This document shows positions 1 to 30,817 of a stretch of 64,000 bases of DNA, in pieces. Within the stretch, counting starts at the first letter, position 1. Every line of letters begins with the position of its first letter. The translations under genes were made by a program, and so were the position numbers. The notes under the pieces were generated by a model that searched no databases, was not told the origin of the DNA, and was given only the letters and a program-made list of their open reading frames with translations. This stretch comes from Auanema rhodensis (lineage: Eukaryota > Animalia > Nematoda): the NCBI GenBank assembly GCA_964057225.1, contig OZ059898.1:16244001-16308000 (forward strand), in the 5' to 3' direction.

Positions 1-480
1 TTCAATCTAAACTGTTCTTTGAAAAATTACGATAAATTGGAAATAAGTGAAGACTTAGTTTGGTCTGACAATCTCTAGTGGTTGAATGACTGAAGCGTTC
101 CAGCTTGCACGATGTCCATACTTAAGTTGGTTATACACAGCTTAGGAGGAGTTGTTTCACATACTCGAAAACGGCTGTTAACGTAACCAATGAATTGTTG
201 GAAAAAGGCTATACTATGCACGGCAAATGTTGAAAAAGTCTGAAAACTGTGTTTTGACTTTACTTGCCACCCTGGCCATCTTTTGATGAATGGCACATTG
301 GCTATATCTACAGATATGAGTCTTATTCGGGAGAGGGCAGGCTGTCAAAAAAACGAGAAATGCCCCCTTGGGACAAGACAACGAAATTGTTCTCTGTCAC
401 ATCGTATATGAAGATTTCACGGCGGCCAGCTAGCCCTGTTTAGGCATCCATATCAGGCCATCGACTTTGGCCATCGCTTT
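1..480 (+). mobile_element. Probable decayed Tc1/mariner transposase remnant in an unc-2 intron
   Basis: GC-richer island. Across two +1 frameshifts it reads HTRKRLLT*PM / KRLYYARQMLKK...AIF / DEWH, resembling the Tc1-family KPLLT..M...KRL..A....IFSDE segment. No intact ORF. Confidence 0.35.
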
Positions 481-916
481 TAATTTCGAATTTAGTTCAT
501 CTTCAATGTTTTTCGGTTATTTTCCTTGATTTTGTGGTAAAAGAAGTTTCAATGAGCACAATTTTCAATTTATTTTTGAAAGATATTTCAATTTTACTCA
601 CTCTTTCATAATGTTTTCTTTTAAAAAAGTCAGATGAATTCTTAATAAGCACGCAAATAGTAAATTCATTCTCTTTCTTTTCAAAATATCTCATTTACTG
701 AAGAAAATAAAACTTTAGAAATCATTTAACAAGGTTAAAACTAGGAGCAAAGGTTGTATTCTCTGAATTGAACATCTGTTAGTCTGTTAATAAGGCCTTG
801 TCTGGTATTCTAAGAAATTGTTATCCAGAGCCTTCACAGAGAGAAAGAAAGAGAAAACGACGCGCACATATATACGACGTTTGACTTTGTATATTCTGTT
901 GTGCGAGCACACACAT

Positions 917-988
917 CTATCTATATAACTATATATAACTATATATATATAGTTATATATATATATAAATCTATATATATATATATAT
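917..988. repeat. (TA)n microsatellite, interrupted
   Basis: TATATA runs visible directly. Confidence 0.9.
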
Positions 989-1195
989 GTTTATTTTGTT
1001 TTTTAAGGCAAAAAGTTAATAAGTTAAGTTAATGAGAGAAAAAGACCATGTCTGATTAACTGACTGGAGAATCAAAACTTACTTTTTCAGCAGAAAAAAA
1101 TATAATATATCAGTATATGTTTGAAATTTTATTTATTTTAACTATTATAATTATCTTTTATTTATAATTTTAATTAATATTCTTTCTCTTTTCAG

Positions 1196-1282
1196 AGTTG
1201 TGGATGTGAGCGATCATAAAACATGTGCCTTATTGATGGCCAAAATGAAAGAGAACAGTCGACAGTTGCCCTCACCTAGCCA
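1196..1282 (+). CDS. unc-2: unc-2 alternative N-terminal internal exon (87 nt, phase 2-2); its upstream exon(s) lie before the window
   Basis: TTTTCAG acceptor and GTAAG donor. Encodes VVDVSDHKTCALLMAKMKENSRQLPSPS(Q) and joins in frame to exon 9449 (CA+A = Q, then LAAEEARR). Confidence 0.8.
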
Positions 1283-1627
1283 GTAAGTTTTTTTTTTTTT
1301 GAATTTTATTCATAATTATAATATTATTATTTATTTTAATTTTATAATTTGTTATATTGATTTAATGGTAAAATTAAAACGTTGTTATAAGGTTAAGGTA
1401 AAAAACTTCGGTTTGATCATTATTATTTGATGTCAGAATGAAATAACGGCACCCACATTTTAAACTTGTAAAATCTTTAAAAGGAAGTATATGCTTAGAT
1501 CTGTGATGCTGAGAAAATCAAGATGGCATCTTCAGTTCAAATGCTGATATAGGGATCATCCAAGTATATCTTTGAGTGTCTAGTTATCTGCTTGAAAACT
1601 TCCTAACATCTTTTATTCTCTCTTTAC

Positions 1628-1910
1628 TCATGTGTAATCTGAATTTTGCAATGACGTTTGAGTGAAATAGCTGATGATCATGAAGTTTCGAGGCAGATAA
1701 GAATCCAAAAAGTGAAGAAAAATGAAAAACGATGTAAAAGCTGATGAATAGAGAAACATGATGATGGAGAAGACAATGATCTTCAGCCCATTTCTCATCT
1801 CTTCCTGTCTTCGAACTGCTAATATATTCGCATTTAGTTTTCTAATGAAATATGTATGTATGAGACAAGAAGTCACCCAGGAACGTATGGGCTTCTACCA
1901 GCTGCTTCAT
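1628..1910 (-). CDS. Candidate 74-aa single-pass membrane microprotein, antisense inside an unc-2 intron (exons 1910-1877 and 1818-1628)
   Basis: AGCAG directly before the ATG. A 58-nt AT-rich GT..AG intron (1876-1819). The 225-nt frame reads MKQLVEAHTFLAVRRQEEMRNGLKIIVFSIIMFLYSSAFTSFFIFLHFLDSYLPRNFMIISYFTQTSLQNSDYT*. Confidence 0.3.
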
Positions 1911-3183
1911 CTGCTACTTGTGATGATGATGATGGTCGTAGCGCTTGTGGCGTTATTGAAAACGAACTAATCTAATGTCTTTTTTGATTACTTCGCTTGA
2001 TATAACCAAGCTTTTGTTGTCTCCAAAAATTTTTATTTCCAAAGGACTCTTTGCCATCCAATCCACTTTCTTTCATTTCTCGTCACGACTCTCTGTTTTG
2101 TGTCGTCGTCTATATCTTCCACCTCGTTTTCCGATTTTCACAAGAAAATTTTTGAGTTTTCAATTTTTTCATAAATCTAACAAAATGAAAAATAATTGTA
2201 TTCTCATTCTCATTTTCATTTTTCTTTTTTTAAACTTTTTTTTGGGTAAATGTTCATCTATCTTTAAGTAACCTATTCTCTACATTTCTACTATTGTTTC
2301 AAACTAACTCATTTGGAGTATGTAGTTTCAAGCATTTTTTTGTGTTCAAACATTTTCCTGAGCTACTAACTTGGAAAATCAAGAGAAAGATTTTGATTCC
2401 CATCTGACCTATTATTCTCAGATTTCAGATGTCCTACTATGGCTTGTTAAATTCAAAATCTTCTCCAAATAATATAAGTTTGTGTTTTCGTCATAAGACC
2501 AAATTGTCTATTTCTGATAGGTTTTTTCTGTTTCCTTAAATACTTCCCATATTCTCCGTACGATGATTCGTTTTAAGTGTATTACTGCAAAGGCTGATGT
2601 GTTATCTTCAAAACGCGAGACTCCCACCAATCCTCACTCCTTCTCTCTTGTCCTGCCTTTTCTATTTCAATTTCCTTGCAGTACTATTTCTTTCAATCAC
2701 TCCAAATACTTCAGAGGTTTCGTTTTCATGGATACCTCCCATATGAAGAATGTGAAATCTTCTTCTATCGCTTTCTTTCTTCCCACTTCTCCTTCTAAGC
2801 TTTTAAGCTTTTCTCTCTATTTCTCCAGTACCTTGTAGCCGGATCCTCCCATTTTTCTCTCATTCTACACTATTCTACACCATTTTATACCTCTCAAATT
2901 ATTTTTCAGACTTTTTAACACTCCCATCATTTATTAATTAATTTTTTCAAATAACAAGCTATTGATCGAATTTCCACAACTTTTTCTTATAATATTAAAG
3001 ATATAAACAACTAATTTTCTATATTCTTTCATTACTATTTTCACTTTCTTATTTCTTTATTTAGTTTTGAAATTCTATTCTCTACAGTTTTCATTATTAA
3101 ACACTGAAAAATATGAATATAATTGGATGTTTTATCATTTAACAACTATTTCATTTATCTATCCATCTATCCCTCTACCTATT

Positions 3184-3187
<4 letters not shown>

Positions 3188-3224
<37 letters not shown>

Positions 3225-3268
3225 ATATATATAGTTAGATATATATAGTTAGATATATATATATATAT
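3188..3268. repeat. (TA)n microsatellite with TAGTTAGA interruptions
   Basis: Visible directly in the sequence. Confidence 0.9.
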
Positions 3269-6200
3269 GCATCTACATATACTCTTACCATGTAAGTGTT
3301 AGTCGTATTGGAACGCTAATATACTAAGATGTTCCCACCCCAAATACACTATCTCATTTTGGTTCGATAACAATTCGTCTATTTCCATTAATTTTTTTGT
3401 TTTTTTTTAACTAGAATTTATCTCTCCTTATTAGTAGCTTTAATATGGATCCTGTTTATTTCGTTTATTTTCGTTTTCTCTCCCCATATTTTTGTATTTT
3501 TCTCCTTCTTCATTTTTTTTACTGAAATCTACTCCAATCTTACATTTTTTCACTTCTATTATCCACATTTACTTCTTTTTTTCTTACGTTTAATAAGTTT
3601 TTTTGAAAAAAAAAATCTTTTTGAGGATTTGTTTCTATGACCAAAGGTTCGTAGCAAGCTCATTCATCTAAGCTTTCAATTCAATATCCTTACGATCACG
3701 GAAGACCCGTGGTAGTCTCATGAAACACAAGAAAAAGAGAATTTGATACCTACTATTGCAGCAAGATATTTGAATCTTCTGGCTTCTTTTCTTAACATCA
3801 TTCTTTCTATTTTTACATAACTGTCAAGTTAAAAAGAATGTGTTGCCCAAGTTCAGTTATGTTAACCAAAACAAAGTCTGATGCGTCACGCATCATCCTG
3901 AAATGCAATTTTTCCAGACAGCTAAACTCAAATTTTGCTTCAATGTTACGGTGTTCAAGATCTTTATAATTTAATTTTTCAATTAATTTATAATCTTACA
4001 TAATGAATTAATTTAATTTTAGTAACTTATAATCTCATATGAATGAGGTTAAAGATTTTTATGTTTAATTAAATAATAATTGAAAATAAAACACAAAATA
4101 ATATATTTTTAAATATATATATATATATATATACTATATATATAATATATATATTGTATATTTTTTGAAAAAAATTAATGTTATTCGATTAAATTGAATG
4201 ATTTTCTCACTAGTATACTTGAGTAAAAATTCGGATTATGCCAATATTGACTAAAATAGTTCAAAATATTCTCTATAATTACAAATATTGAAGCAATTAT
4301 CTACTTAATTCCTTAATGATGTTCACGGAAATCCGAACACGAAGAAGATACTCTTCGTCTCTTCACATCAATCACTCTCATCACTTCCATGGCATTACTA
4401 GAGGAAAATCAGATGCTACTGAATTTGAATTGTCTGCAAAACTAAAATGCATAGATTGAGTAAGGCTAAAGAATAAAAAGATATAAAATATGACGAAAGA
4501 AATGAGAGAAATGGATTATAAAGTTTTAACAGATGTCGTATCTCAATGTGAGTTCGAAATTTTGCTTCTGCTTTATCATTTCTTTTCATGAATGTGAGTA
4601 AAAAATTTAGTTTTCGTCGCGAATTGTTGAATTTCCATAAAGGATTATCATCACTTCGCAGCTTTTTTTTGTCCCTTTCGCCCCTCTTTGAATTATATGT
4701 ATTAGCTATATATGTATTTTGGAATACTATAAATTAAAGGAAAAGAAATGTAACTTGTTTATTTCAAATTCTTCTGAAGCGTCTAATTGTTCTGAAGAAG
4801 CGTAAACAGATAAGCCGTTGAGACACGGCTTGTGTTTCTTCCTCTCGTCTGTTGCCAATTGACCGCCATGACTATGTGGCTATTCTAGAGCCCTTTCTTG
4901 CTTTTTCTTTCCCTCTTCTATGTTTTTGACAATAAATCTCCTATTTCCATGACATTATTTGATTTTCTTTTTCAAATGTGTCTTTTTTTTGTTTTCAAAA
5001 AGTTAACCTCCTACCTTATGCCTTATATATCTATCTATCTATATATATATACAAATATATATATATATATATATAATATGCTATTTTCGTATATTGTAGC
5101 ATGTATATGATGATCTTGTCGTCTCATTTACGTGTTAGCATTCAACAAAACCCGTTACATTTTTCAAATAAATATTAAATATAATTATTATTTCATTTTC
5201 ACTACTAGGGTCATTAAAAATAAAATTTATTTTTTATTTTTTGTAAATAATAATTTATAATATAGCTTTTCCTATAACTCTCATATTTTACTATATGTAT
5301 ATAGTTACATGAATATACATATGTATGTATGGATGTATGTATTTATGTACATCTATTACTATTTTCTTTTTAACTTTTACTAATATTATATATAAAAATA
5401 TCTTTTTAACTATATATGTACGTATATATATATACCTAAATGCGTATAGTATACTTTATAAACACTTATACATCTACCTTTTTGCCTTTTTTCTTTCCAA
5501 AAAAATAATACGAACAACGGAAAAGAGTTGAACCAATTATTGTCAGACGACGGAACTTCTTAAGGTGGAAGTCTGGGATATAAACAAAGTTCTTACCTGC
5601 TATCTTTAGCCGTACAAAGCTCAGATGACATATTCATATAGTCGAAACTATCATATACTTGGCTATTACTCTTCATATTTCTGTTCATATCAGAGAATTT
5701 AATTTAAAATCAATTATATTAACTCATATTTATTCTATTTTTCCATCATATAACTAATAATTTATTAGTTTTGAAATTTCTTGTTTCATAAACTTTCAAC
5801 AAATTTTCTCATAGCATAGTTCATTATTTAGAAAAAAAATAAAATGAAATAGTTAGTTTCACAATACTAACATGTTTAGAATATAAATAAGAAGTTTACT
5901 CGTTTTTTTTTCTTTCTTTCATTCATACATATACATATTATGTATGTATTTTCATTTTTAATTTGTAATTTTAACTTTTTTTTTGCAAAAGCTTGCGAAT
6001 ATATGTAGTTTTAACTGAGTGGAACAACACCTTTGTATAAAATACCTTGGAGTTTGTGTAAATTATTTTATTTTTTAATCAGAATATACAACTTACATAC
6101 TACGAATCAAAAACTTTTTTTTAAGTAAGATTTTCCAAAAAATAAAATATTTTTTCACCATAATCTAATTATTTTTTACCTTCTCATCTTAAATATTTTA

Positions 6201-6689
6201 TTTGAATTTAAATCAAATTATTTTGCCTAAAAAAATAAATTTGTAATCAATTTTCCCTATTTTTCATTATGAAAAAGAAAAAAAAAGTTATCATTTGTCT
6301 TTTTTTTATTCGTATAATATTATATTCCTATATAATAAAATATTATATATAATAATTATTTAATGACACCTGCAAATATAAAATAAATTTGACAAATAAA
6401 ATAAGTTTTTAGAGAAAAAATTGAAAGTTTAATATCTTTTAATTTATCTGGTTATTCATCTAATATTTCATGCTTTACTGAGTTTCAAACGTCTATTCAT
6501 TTAAGGTTTTTTCTCTCTTTCAATTATTAATTTCCAATTTTAGTATTAACTATTTTATTTTTTAACTTCACTTATTACTTTTTACAATTCTTATTTTAGA
6601 ACATCATCTTTTACTCTTTCTATTTTCATTCTATTTTTTTTCGTAATTCTTGAGTTTTTCGTACAATTGTTGGTATTTTGGGGTGCCCT

Positions 6690-24031
<17,342 letters not shown>

Positions 24032-25437
24032 GATACTGTAGAATTACCAGAAAACGGGTGATCTCAATCTAGGATATCTAACAGGTCTCCCAACTTCTCT
24101 TACTGTTCTAGTCATTCTTTGCTAGGAACTTATTCGAAACCTGTTCCTTCCATTTTCGAAACTCAAAAATTATGTATCTGATAGTCAAGCCCTCAGTATT
24201 GGCAGCAGCACATGTTATTCATATCGACTTCATAGCTCACCACATTCCTTTCACTTGAAATCCTTTTGTTTTCTTTCTTTCAGTTAAATAACATTAAATA
24301 CAATCATTATTTCAAAATCAAAAACATATAATTAATATAAAGAAATTATTGTTTCTTCTAACAGTACTTACTACGTAAGCAGTTCAAAAGAAAAAAATCA
24401 AAGAAAGAAAGAATTAAGTTGAAAACTAAAAATTTTTTTTTTAATTTTCCAAATCTTTCTTTCATTATTATTTATGTAAAATACATGTACATATAGTATT
24501 CTATATGTTTTCATATCTTTCACATATGTATTTCTTTGAAGAAAGAAAATATCTTTCTAGTCTTCTTACGTAATACGATACAATTTTTTTTATTTCTTTC
24601 AATTCATTTTGATGTTTTTAATTATTATTATTATTATTATTTATTTTATAATTTCATATAAAAACTGTCTCAATGTGATATCTGTCATGTTTTTAACCTG
24701 TGAAATATACTGTATTCCTTTATTCATATTGTTTAGAGGTGATCAAAGGGTGTTTCAATTTTTTTTATTAAATATACTTATAATATATATAAAATTTATA
24801 ATTATATATCTTTAATTTTATATTTTTATAACAAATACATATATCATACTATATAACTAATTTCTTACTTCATCAACTAAAAATTAATCAAATGCAACAC
24901 TGTTCTGGCCTAAATATAGATGAAGTCAACTTGATGTCTAAAATTCAATATTTTAGTTTTAGTTAGGAAGACTCCAAATTAATATATTTTTTTTATAATT
25001 TTATATTATTTAATGAAAAAATATATATATAATCAAACAATATTTATATTTTAATAAAAATAACAAAAAATAATATTAAATATATGAAGTAATTAAGAAA
25101 AAAATGATTAATTGTTAGTTGAGGATAATTACCAAAAGGAAATCTTTGTTATTATTGTTTCTTTGATTATTATAGCTATTTCATAAAATTTCTTTAAAAA
25201 ATCAACTTATCTTCAATCTATAGAAATATTTTATAAAATATGGAAATTGGATAAATTTCTTAATTAATCAAAGTTCTCGGATTACCAATAATAGACAAAT
25301 GGATTTCTGATTACTGTAGATTGTATTTCAAACACTTCGATAGCATAATCTACATACATATATGTATTTGGTTTTGTTTATTTATATAAAAAATATAATT
25401 TATATACAATTATAAGAAAATAAGTAAGTTTAAGGTT

Positions 25438-26386
25438 TTATTCCATAGCTAGTTTTTCTTTTTTTAATTTTTTATAAGCTTTAAGTTCTTCCTTTGTAAC
25501 CATTACTTCTGTCTTCATATTAGAAAGAACAGATTCCTTTCGTGCTCTGAAATATTTATTAAATGAAAGAATATTTAAAATATTGAAATTTTACCGAATA
25601 ATCAATGAAGCAATTCCAACTAAAAATAAGGCTATATTGAGAGCCAATGAAATATAAAAGATAATGTCAAACGGAACTTTTTTCACTTCACATGCTAAAG
25701 GGCATTCTGTTGCTATGAAAGCCTTTGACTTAGCCAACTGACTCTGAAAAAACGTTTGAATAGAATTAATTTTTTCAGAAGTTACCAAAGTATTATCAAC
25801 AAGAGCTTCAACTATAGGTTTAGCTTGATCCACAGTCAGTACTTGATTTTCATCTTCAACATTAGGTGTTTTAACCTTTAATTAATCTTTATAATTCTAT
25901 ATTTTTTAAATTAAATATTATACTGTATTCATTATATTAATTGTTTGTTGTATCAGATCATTTCGAGTATATGGAACTGAATTTCTTCGACTATTAGCAA
26001 CATTTACCTAAATAAATTAATAATTATTAAAATTTTAATTATCATAATATACTTCAGATGATATGAATGCTCTCATAATTCCAAATAATGTTTGTTCATA
26101 GTATTTCAGAGTATTATTGAAACAATCTAAGTTCTAAAATAAGTTTTAATCTTGAATTCATAAATTGTAAAGAACTTACATCATCAAACAATGGACTACA
26201 ATGTGATGAACAACCCTCAACAATTGGTGTTTCACTGTTAATGACATGTATACAAAGAATTAATATTAATATCTAAATTTAAATTTAAATTTATATGTAT
26301 TAAATAAGAAATATATAATTATAAATAACTATATTATATATATATAATGTAATAAAAAGAGAAAAACTGAAACATACCAGCTTCAT
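25438..26386 (-). CDS. Small type I membrane protein with signal peptide, Cys-patterned ectodomain, TM helix and basic tail (~6 exons, ~220 aa)
   Basis: Spliced translation MKL|ILILILCIHVINSETPIVEGCSSHCSPLFDD|NLDCFNNTLKYYEQTLFGIMRAFISSE|...ECPLACEVKKVPFDIIFYISLALNIALFLVGIASLIIR|ARKES...KLAME*. All junctions are GT-AG and in phase. An in-frame upstream ATG exists near 26413. Confidence 0.8.
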
Positions 26387-27339
26387 ATTGACTGCTTTAA
26401 TCGATTCTTTCATCACAATTGATAAGGAACACTTTTCATCAAGAGAATCTATAACTGTCCAAATAGAAGTAAAGTATTAGAATATAATAATGTTTTTTAA
26501 AACTTGCTAAATAGAAATAAAACATTTTTATGAACTTATTCCTGTATATTGAAACATAATAAACTGAAATGACCATCGTTTCGTTTGATATTATGGAAAA
26601 TCAATATCATAATCTAGTATCCTGTTAGCAACAAAAAAAGAAAAATGAGGTAAACATAGTATGTGGTCATCAAAATATCTTTTTTTTTCCAAAATTTATA
26701 TTGTTAACGAAAAAGAAATTGAGGTTGAATTCTCAGAGTTTTCTGGCAATTTCTTTATTTCCGTACAATGGCCGAACTTCAAGATTGTGCCTCAGCACTA
26801 CATAATCACATGACTAACTTTCTCCGAGATAATATGCTTAATTGTGAATATTAAATTGATAAATCTTAAATCATGCATATTATATTGAATAAGCCGGAGA
26901 ATATTTCTAAGAATCTCACCATGTAGTGTGTTCCTGTCACAAGTAACTCGAAAATCTCATTAACTATGTGTATAACAATTGAACTTCTCCAATCAAAACT
27001 TTATCTGTTCTTAACTATTTAACAGAAATCATCACTAAAAGCACTTTTTGTTGTAATTATTCTATCTATTAACAGCTAAGCGGTTTATTCTTTTGATTTC
27101 ACAATGTTGTAAATCAACTCTTAATTATATTTCTTAATGTGTTCCATCACACCTTGATATTAAGAGTTCTTAATTACATTTTTCGAGAAATTTGGAATAA
27201 ACAAGGCCATTCAACTATATTTCTTATTACTTCAATGTTTTTATTATTACAAAATATATTGAACATATGATCTTTATTTTAATGATACTATCTCATCAAT
27301 CAATGTATAATATGCTAATTATGTTTAATTCATTTAATA

Positions 27340-29010
27340 CTTGCAGACGCTTGTATCGGTTGTGTTGTTACCTTCGTATTTCTTCTCAAACTTCTCTTAT
27401 ATTCAATTCGGTTCTTATATTCGTTGGTTCATTCAGCCATGTGTTTCGAACATTAGTCGAAACATAATAATTAAAAACTTTCTCCAACTTTAGAAATTAA
27501 TGTTTCTATGATTATCGAATTCCTATTTAACCATATAATGTTTTATCATCTCATAAGTTTCCATGAAATCGTCCTTCATCGTCTTTATGACCATAAAAGC
27601 CGAATAATCGTTTGGGGTCTGACGATAAAATCACAGCTGTAAACGGGTTTATCCATCTAAATGAATTGATAGCTGCTTACCTGATATCTGGCTACAATAT
27701 CGGTCTGTATAATTTTCTCTCATTTTCTATCTATCTCACTCCTGATATTTATTTATGTTTCTCATTAAATTAGTTTCTTTTCATCTTAATAATATTGTAA
27801 TGACAAGAAAAAACCTTTGTTCTTTAGACCACATAACACATATTCTATTCTTATAACAATTACTTTTAATTTCATAATACTTTTAATTTAATAACAAAGT
27901 TTATACTATTATTTGATATTCTTCTTAATTATTTCATTATCTATAATAATAATATTATTTATAATCTTAATATTCAATTGTTTAGACAACTGAAACTATT
28001 TTTTTGTATATTTTCTTAAAACCTATTCTTGTTCAGATAATTAAAACTGACAGAAAACGAAGAACTGACCTTTTCCTTTTTAATCTCAAAATTAAGAATT
28101 GTTATATCAATGACCCTTTTTAGAATTGATACCAGTTTCTTTTTCTTCTCAACTCTATATTTCACTAAATATCATTTCGAACCATATCACTTCTTCATAA
28201 TATGCTCCAATACTAAATGATTATGATTCATATACCACTTCTGAAAATCAAATATTCCTCTGAATATTGCTTTTATTCGAATCTTTTAAACGTCTTCTAT
28301 TGATATTCTTGTGATTTTCTCCATATGCTTTGCATTTCTTGTTCTTTCCCTACTTCATATCTAGTAAGACATAAACAACCACATAGTTTTAAGGCTCCCT
28401 TCTCTATTCCTATTGGTTGTATATAATATTTGAGACTTAAAACATTTACTTATTTCGTTTTTCTGTTTCTATCCATTATATAACAAATGACTTTTTGTCT
28501 TATGGATATTGAGCAACCTGGCAAAAAAAGTTTGTAAATTATCGCTCTGTCTTCCTAATCCTTTGATGCTCATGCTCTTTCAACATAATGTCTAAAAGAA
28601 CGGTTGAAACATGTTTTATCTGATTCTCATAGAAATATTAATGAAAACATACTCAAATATTAATTTGAAACATTATTTTGCTGCTCTTTTCTGCTTTTTT
28701 TGTTCTTGAACTACTATCTATCCCATCTCCAGACAATACCTCCTTATTGCACCAGCTTAGATATGCATGAATGGAAGTCCAAAGTGTTGAATGTGGATTT
28801 TTGATATCAAGGACTTTGAATTAGTAACTATTTCAAACAATTTTTCACCCCTTGCTCCCTCTCTATTTCTTTCTCTCAACTTTTCATTTCTATGTATCTG
28901 ACCCTGTTATAAGGGGAGAAGAAGATAGTTCTTATTCCTCGGACTGTAACCCTCTACTGTTAACTGTCCCTGTCCCCCGAGAAATTCCAATAATAGTAGC
29001 AATACAAATA
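27340..29010 (-). pseudogene. Probable degraded multi-exon gene of unknown family
   Basis: Several exon-like blocks bounded by AG/GT carry protein-like frames, most broken by single stops: GISRGTGTVNSRGLQSEE*EL; LDIKNPHSTLWTSIHAYLSWCNKE; LKYYIQPIGIEKGALKLCGCLCLTRYE...YQ*KTF; RPIL*PDIRWINPFTAVILSSDPKRLFGFYGHKDDEGRFHGNL*DDK. One apparent intron is only 24 nt. Confidence 0.35.
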
Positions 29011-30817
29011 GAACCAGTCTACTTTTTGAAAATATTATTGATAGAAAATCAACTTCATACATCTTAACCATTGTCAATATAACATTCAAATATATGGCTT
29101 TCGTTCATTACTAAACCATTTATCAACTAAATTATTTTTCTAGCACATATCGTTCAATCTTTTGCAATGAACTTGCTTACTATTGCAGTGTAAAAAGGAA
29201 TATTTTTTATTTCGTTTACCAACACCTGTTGATGAAACAAGAGAGGAAATCGCTCAAGTTCAGAACTCCTGCAATAGGTCTTAGAACACTCGTTCAAACT
29301 TGTCAAAACTTATTTCATGATGAACATAAATCATATATCCTTGTCTTCTATTTTATACAAAAAACAACTGTTTCTCCCCTTTCTTGTCAGCAATTTGTCC
29401 TTATCTTTTTCTTGTTTATCTTGAGAAGAACCATCCATCATCATTACAATGATCGTCGTATGTTTATAAATTCTAAAGTTCAAACGTAATTACTGGAAAA
29501 CATCAAAGCCTCAGAAATTTCCGCATCGAAAGCTGATCAGTACGAAATTAGCACACAAGGCGAGAAATGTTCATCACCTGAGAAGCTTACGATTGATATC
29601 CGATATGCCGTTCCATCGATCCCTTCTTTACAGATTTTCCTTTGTAAGAATTATCCGCCTTAAATTGTGCCAATGTTGAGATTTCTATGCTCTCTTTAAT
29701 GCTCTAAAGCTCAATTTTCATCCCATAATTTTAGAGGTCAAACTTGCTCCATTCTCTTCTCTGAAAGTCCAAGTAATTTGTAACTATGTCAGCAACAAAT
29801 CTCTTTCTTTCATTTTTTTTTCTAATTAACCTCAAGATGTTCGACGAGAGCATTGATCTATCTAAACGACATCCATCAATTACAAAAGATTTGATGAAAA
29901 AGTTTTAGCAGAATTTCTCCACCTACTTCAGAAAGTAGGCATTGCACATTGAGAGCTTAATGGCTCGTCAGCTGCCACATCAACTTTTCCATTCAAACCA
30001 TTACATGGTCATCATATATTCTTAACTACCTTACCTTCTCATCTAAATCACAACCACATCATTTCACAACATTCAAAGATGTTGCGACTTTCACTTTTTC
30101 TATTTGGCATCTTCTTTATATGTTGCGGCCGCCCTGTGTGGTCATAAGTTGCAAAAAATAAATTTCTGGTGAAACCTTTGTGACTCCTAAACTTAGAAAT
30201 CGTTTCTGAGTGCTAAAATTGACTTTAAATGTATAGATAAGGTTAGAACACTTCCTAACTTCATTTCAATAGTCAGTATTGAGTTCAACGACATCGTTAA
30301 CAATCATCTTACGCTAACAATACCACCAGAAATACTTACCTAATACGGTTTATAGAATACAATTATCTTATTGTTCTCTTATATTTACTTTCACAAGGCT
30401 ACAAGGCTCACGACAACAGCCCGCTGGTTTCTAGTTGTTATGTCTAGTTACCATGCCCCATGGTCTATTCTCCCGCCAAAACCATATTCGAATCAGAGCG
30501 TGAAATTGGTAAAACCTAAATCAATTAAGCCAGCTTATGCTAATTCGAAGCTATTTTTTTATTTTATTTTTTTGCTTTTCGAATTAGTTTATTTGTGTAG
30601 ATGATATCACAGATTGTAAGAAACTTTTCTTATTTTTAATGGGAAACTATTGCATATAAGCCGAATTGCTAAACTTTTCAACATAATATATTAGTCATTA
30701 TCTTTCTTAATGTTATAATTTCACAAATTCGAATATTATTTTTTATAATTCCTTATACTTAGGTGAATGCTTTTTTCATTTTGAATTGAATTACTCGTCA
30801 ACAAAATCAGAAAAAAA

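Noticed and set aside
793-835. TGTCTGGTATTCT match to the mir-50 body within a small hairpin
   Set aside because: The seed region does not match and the stem is too weak.
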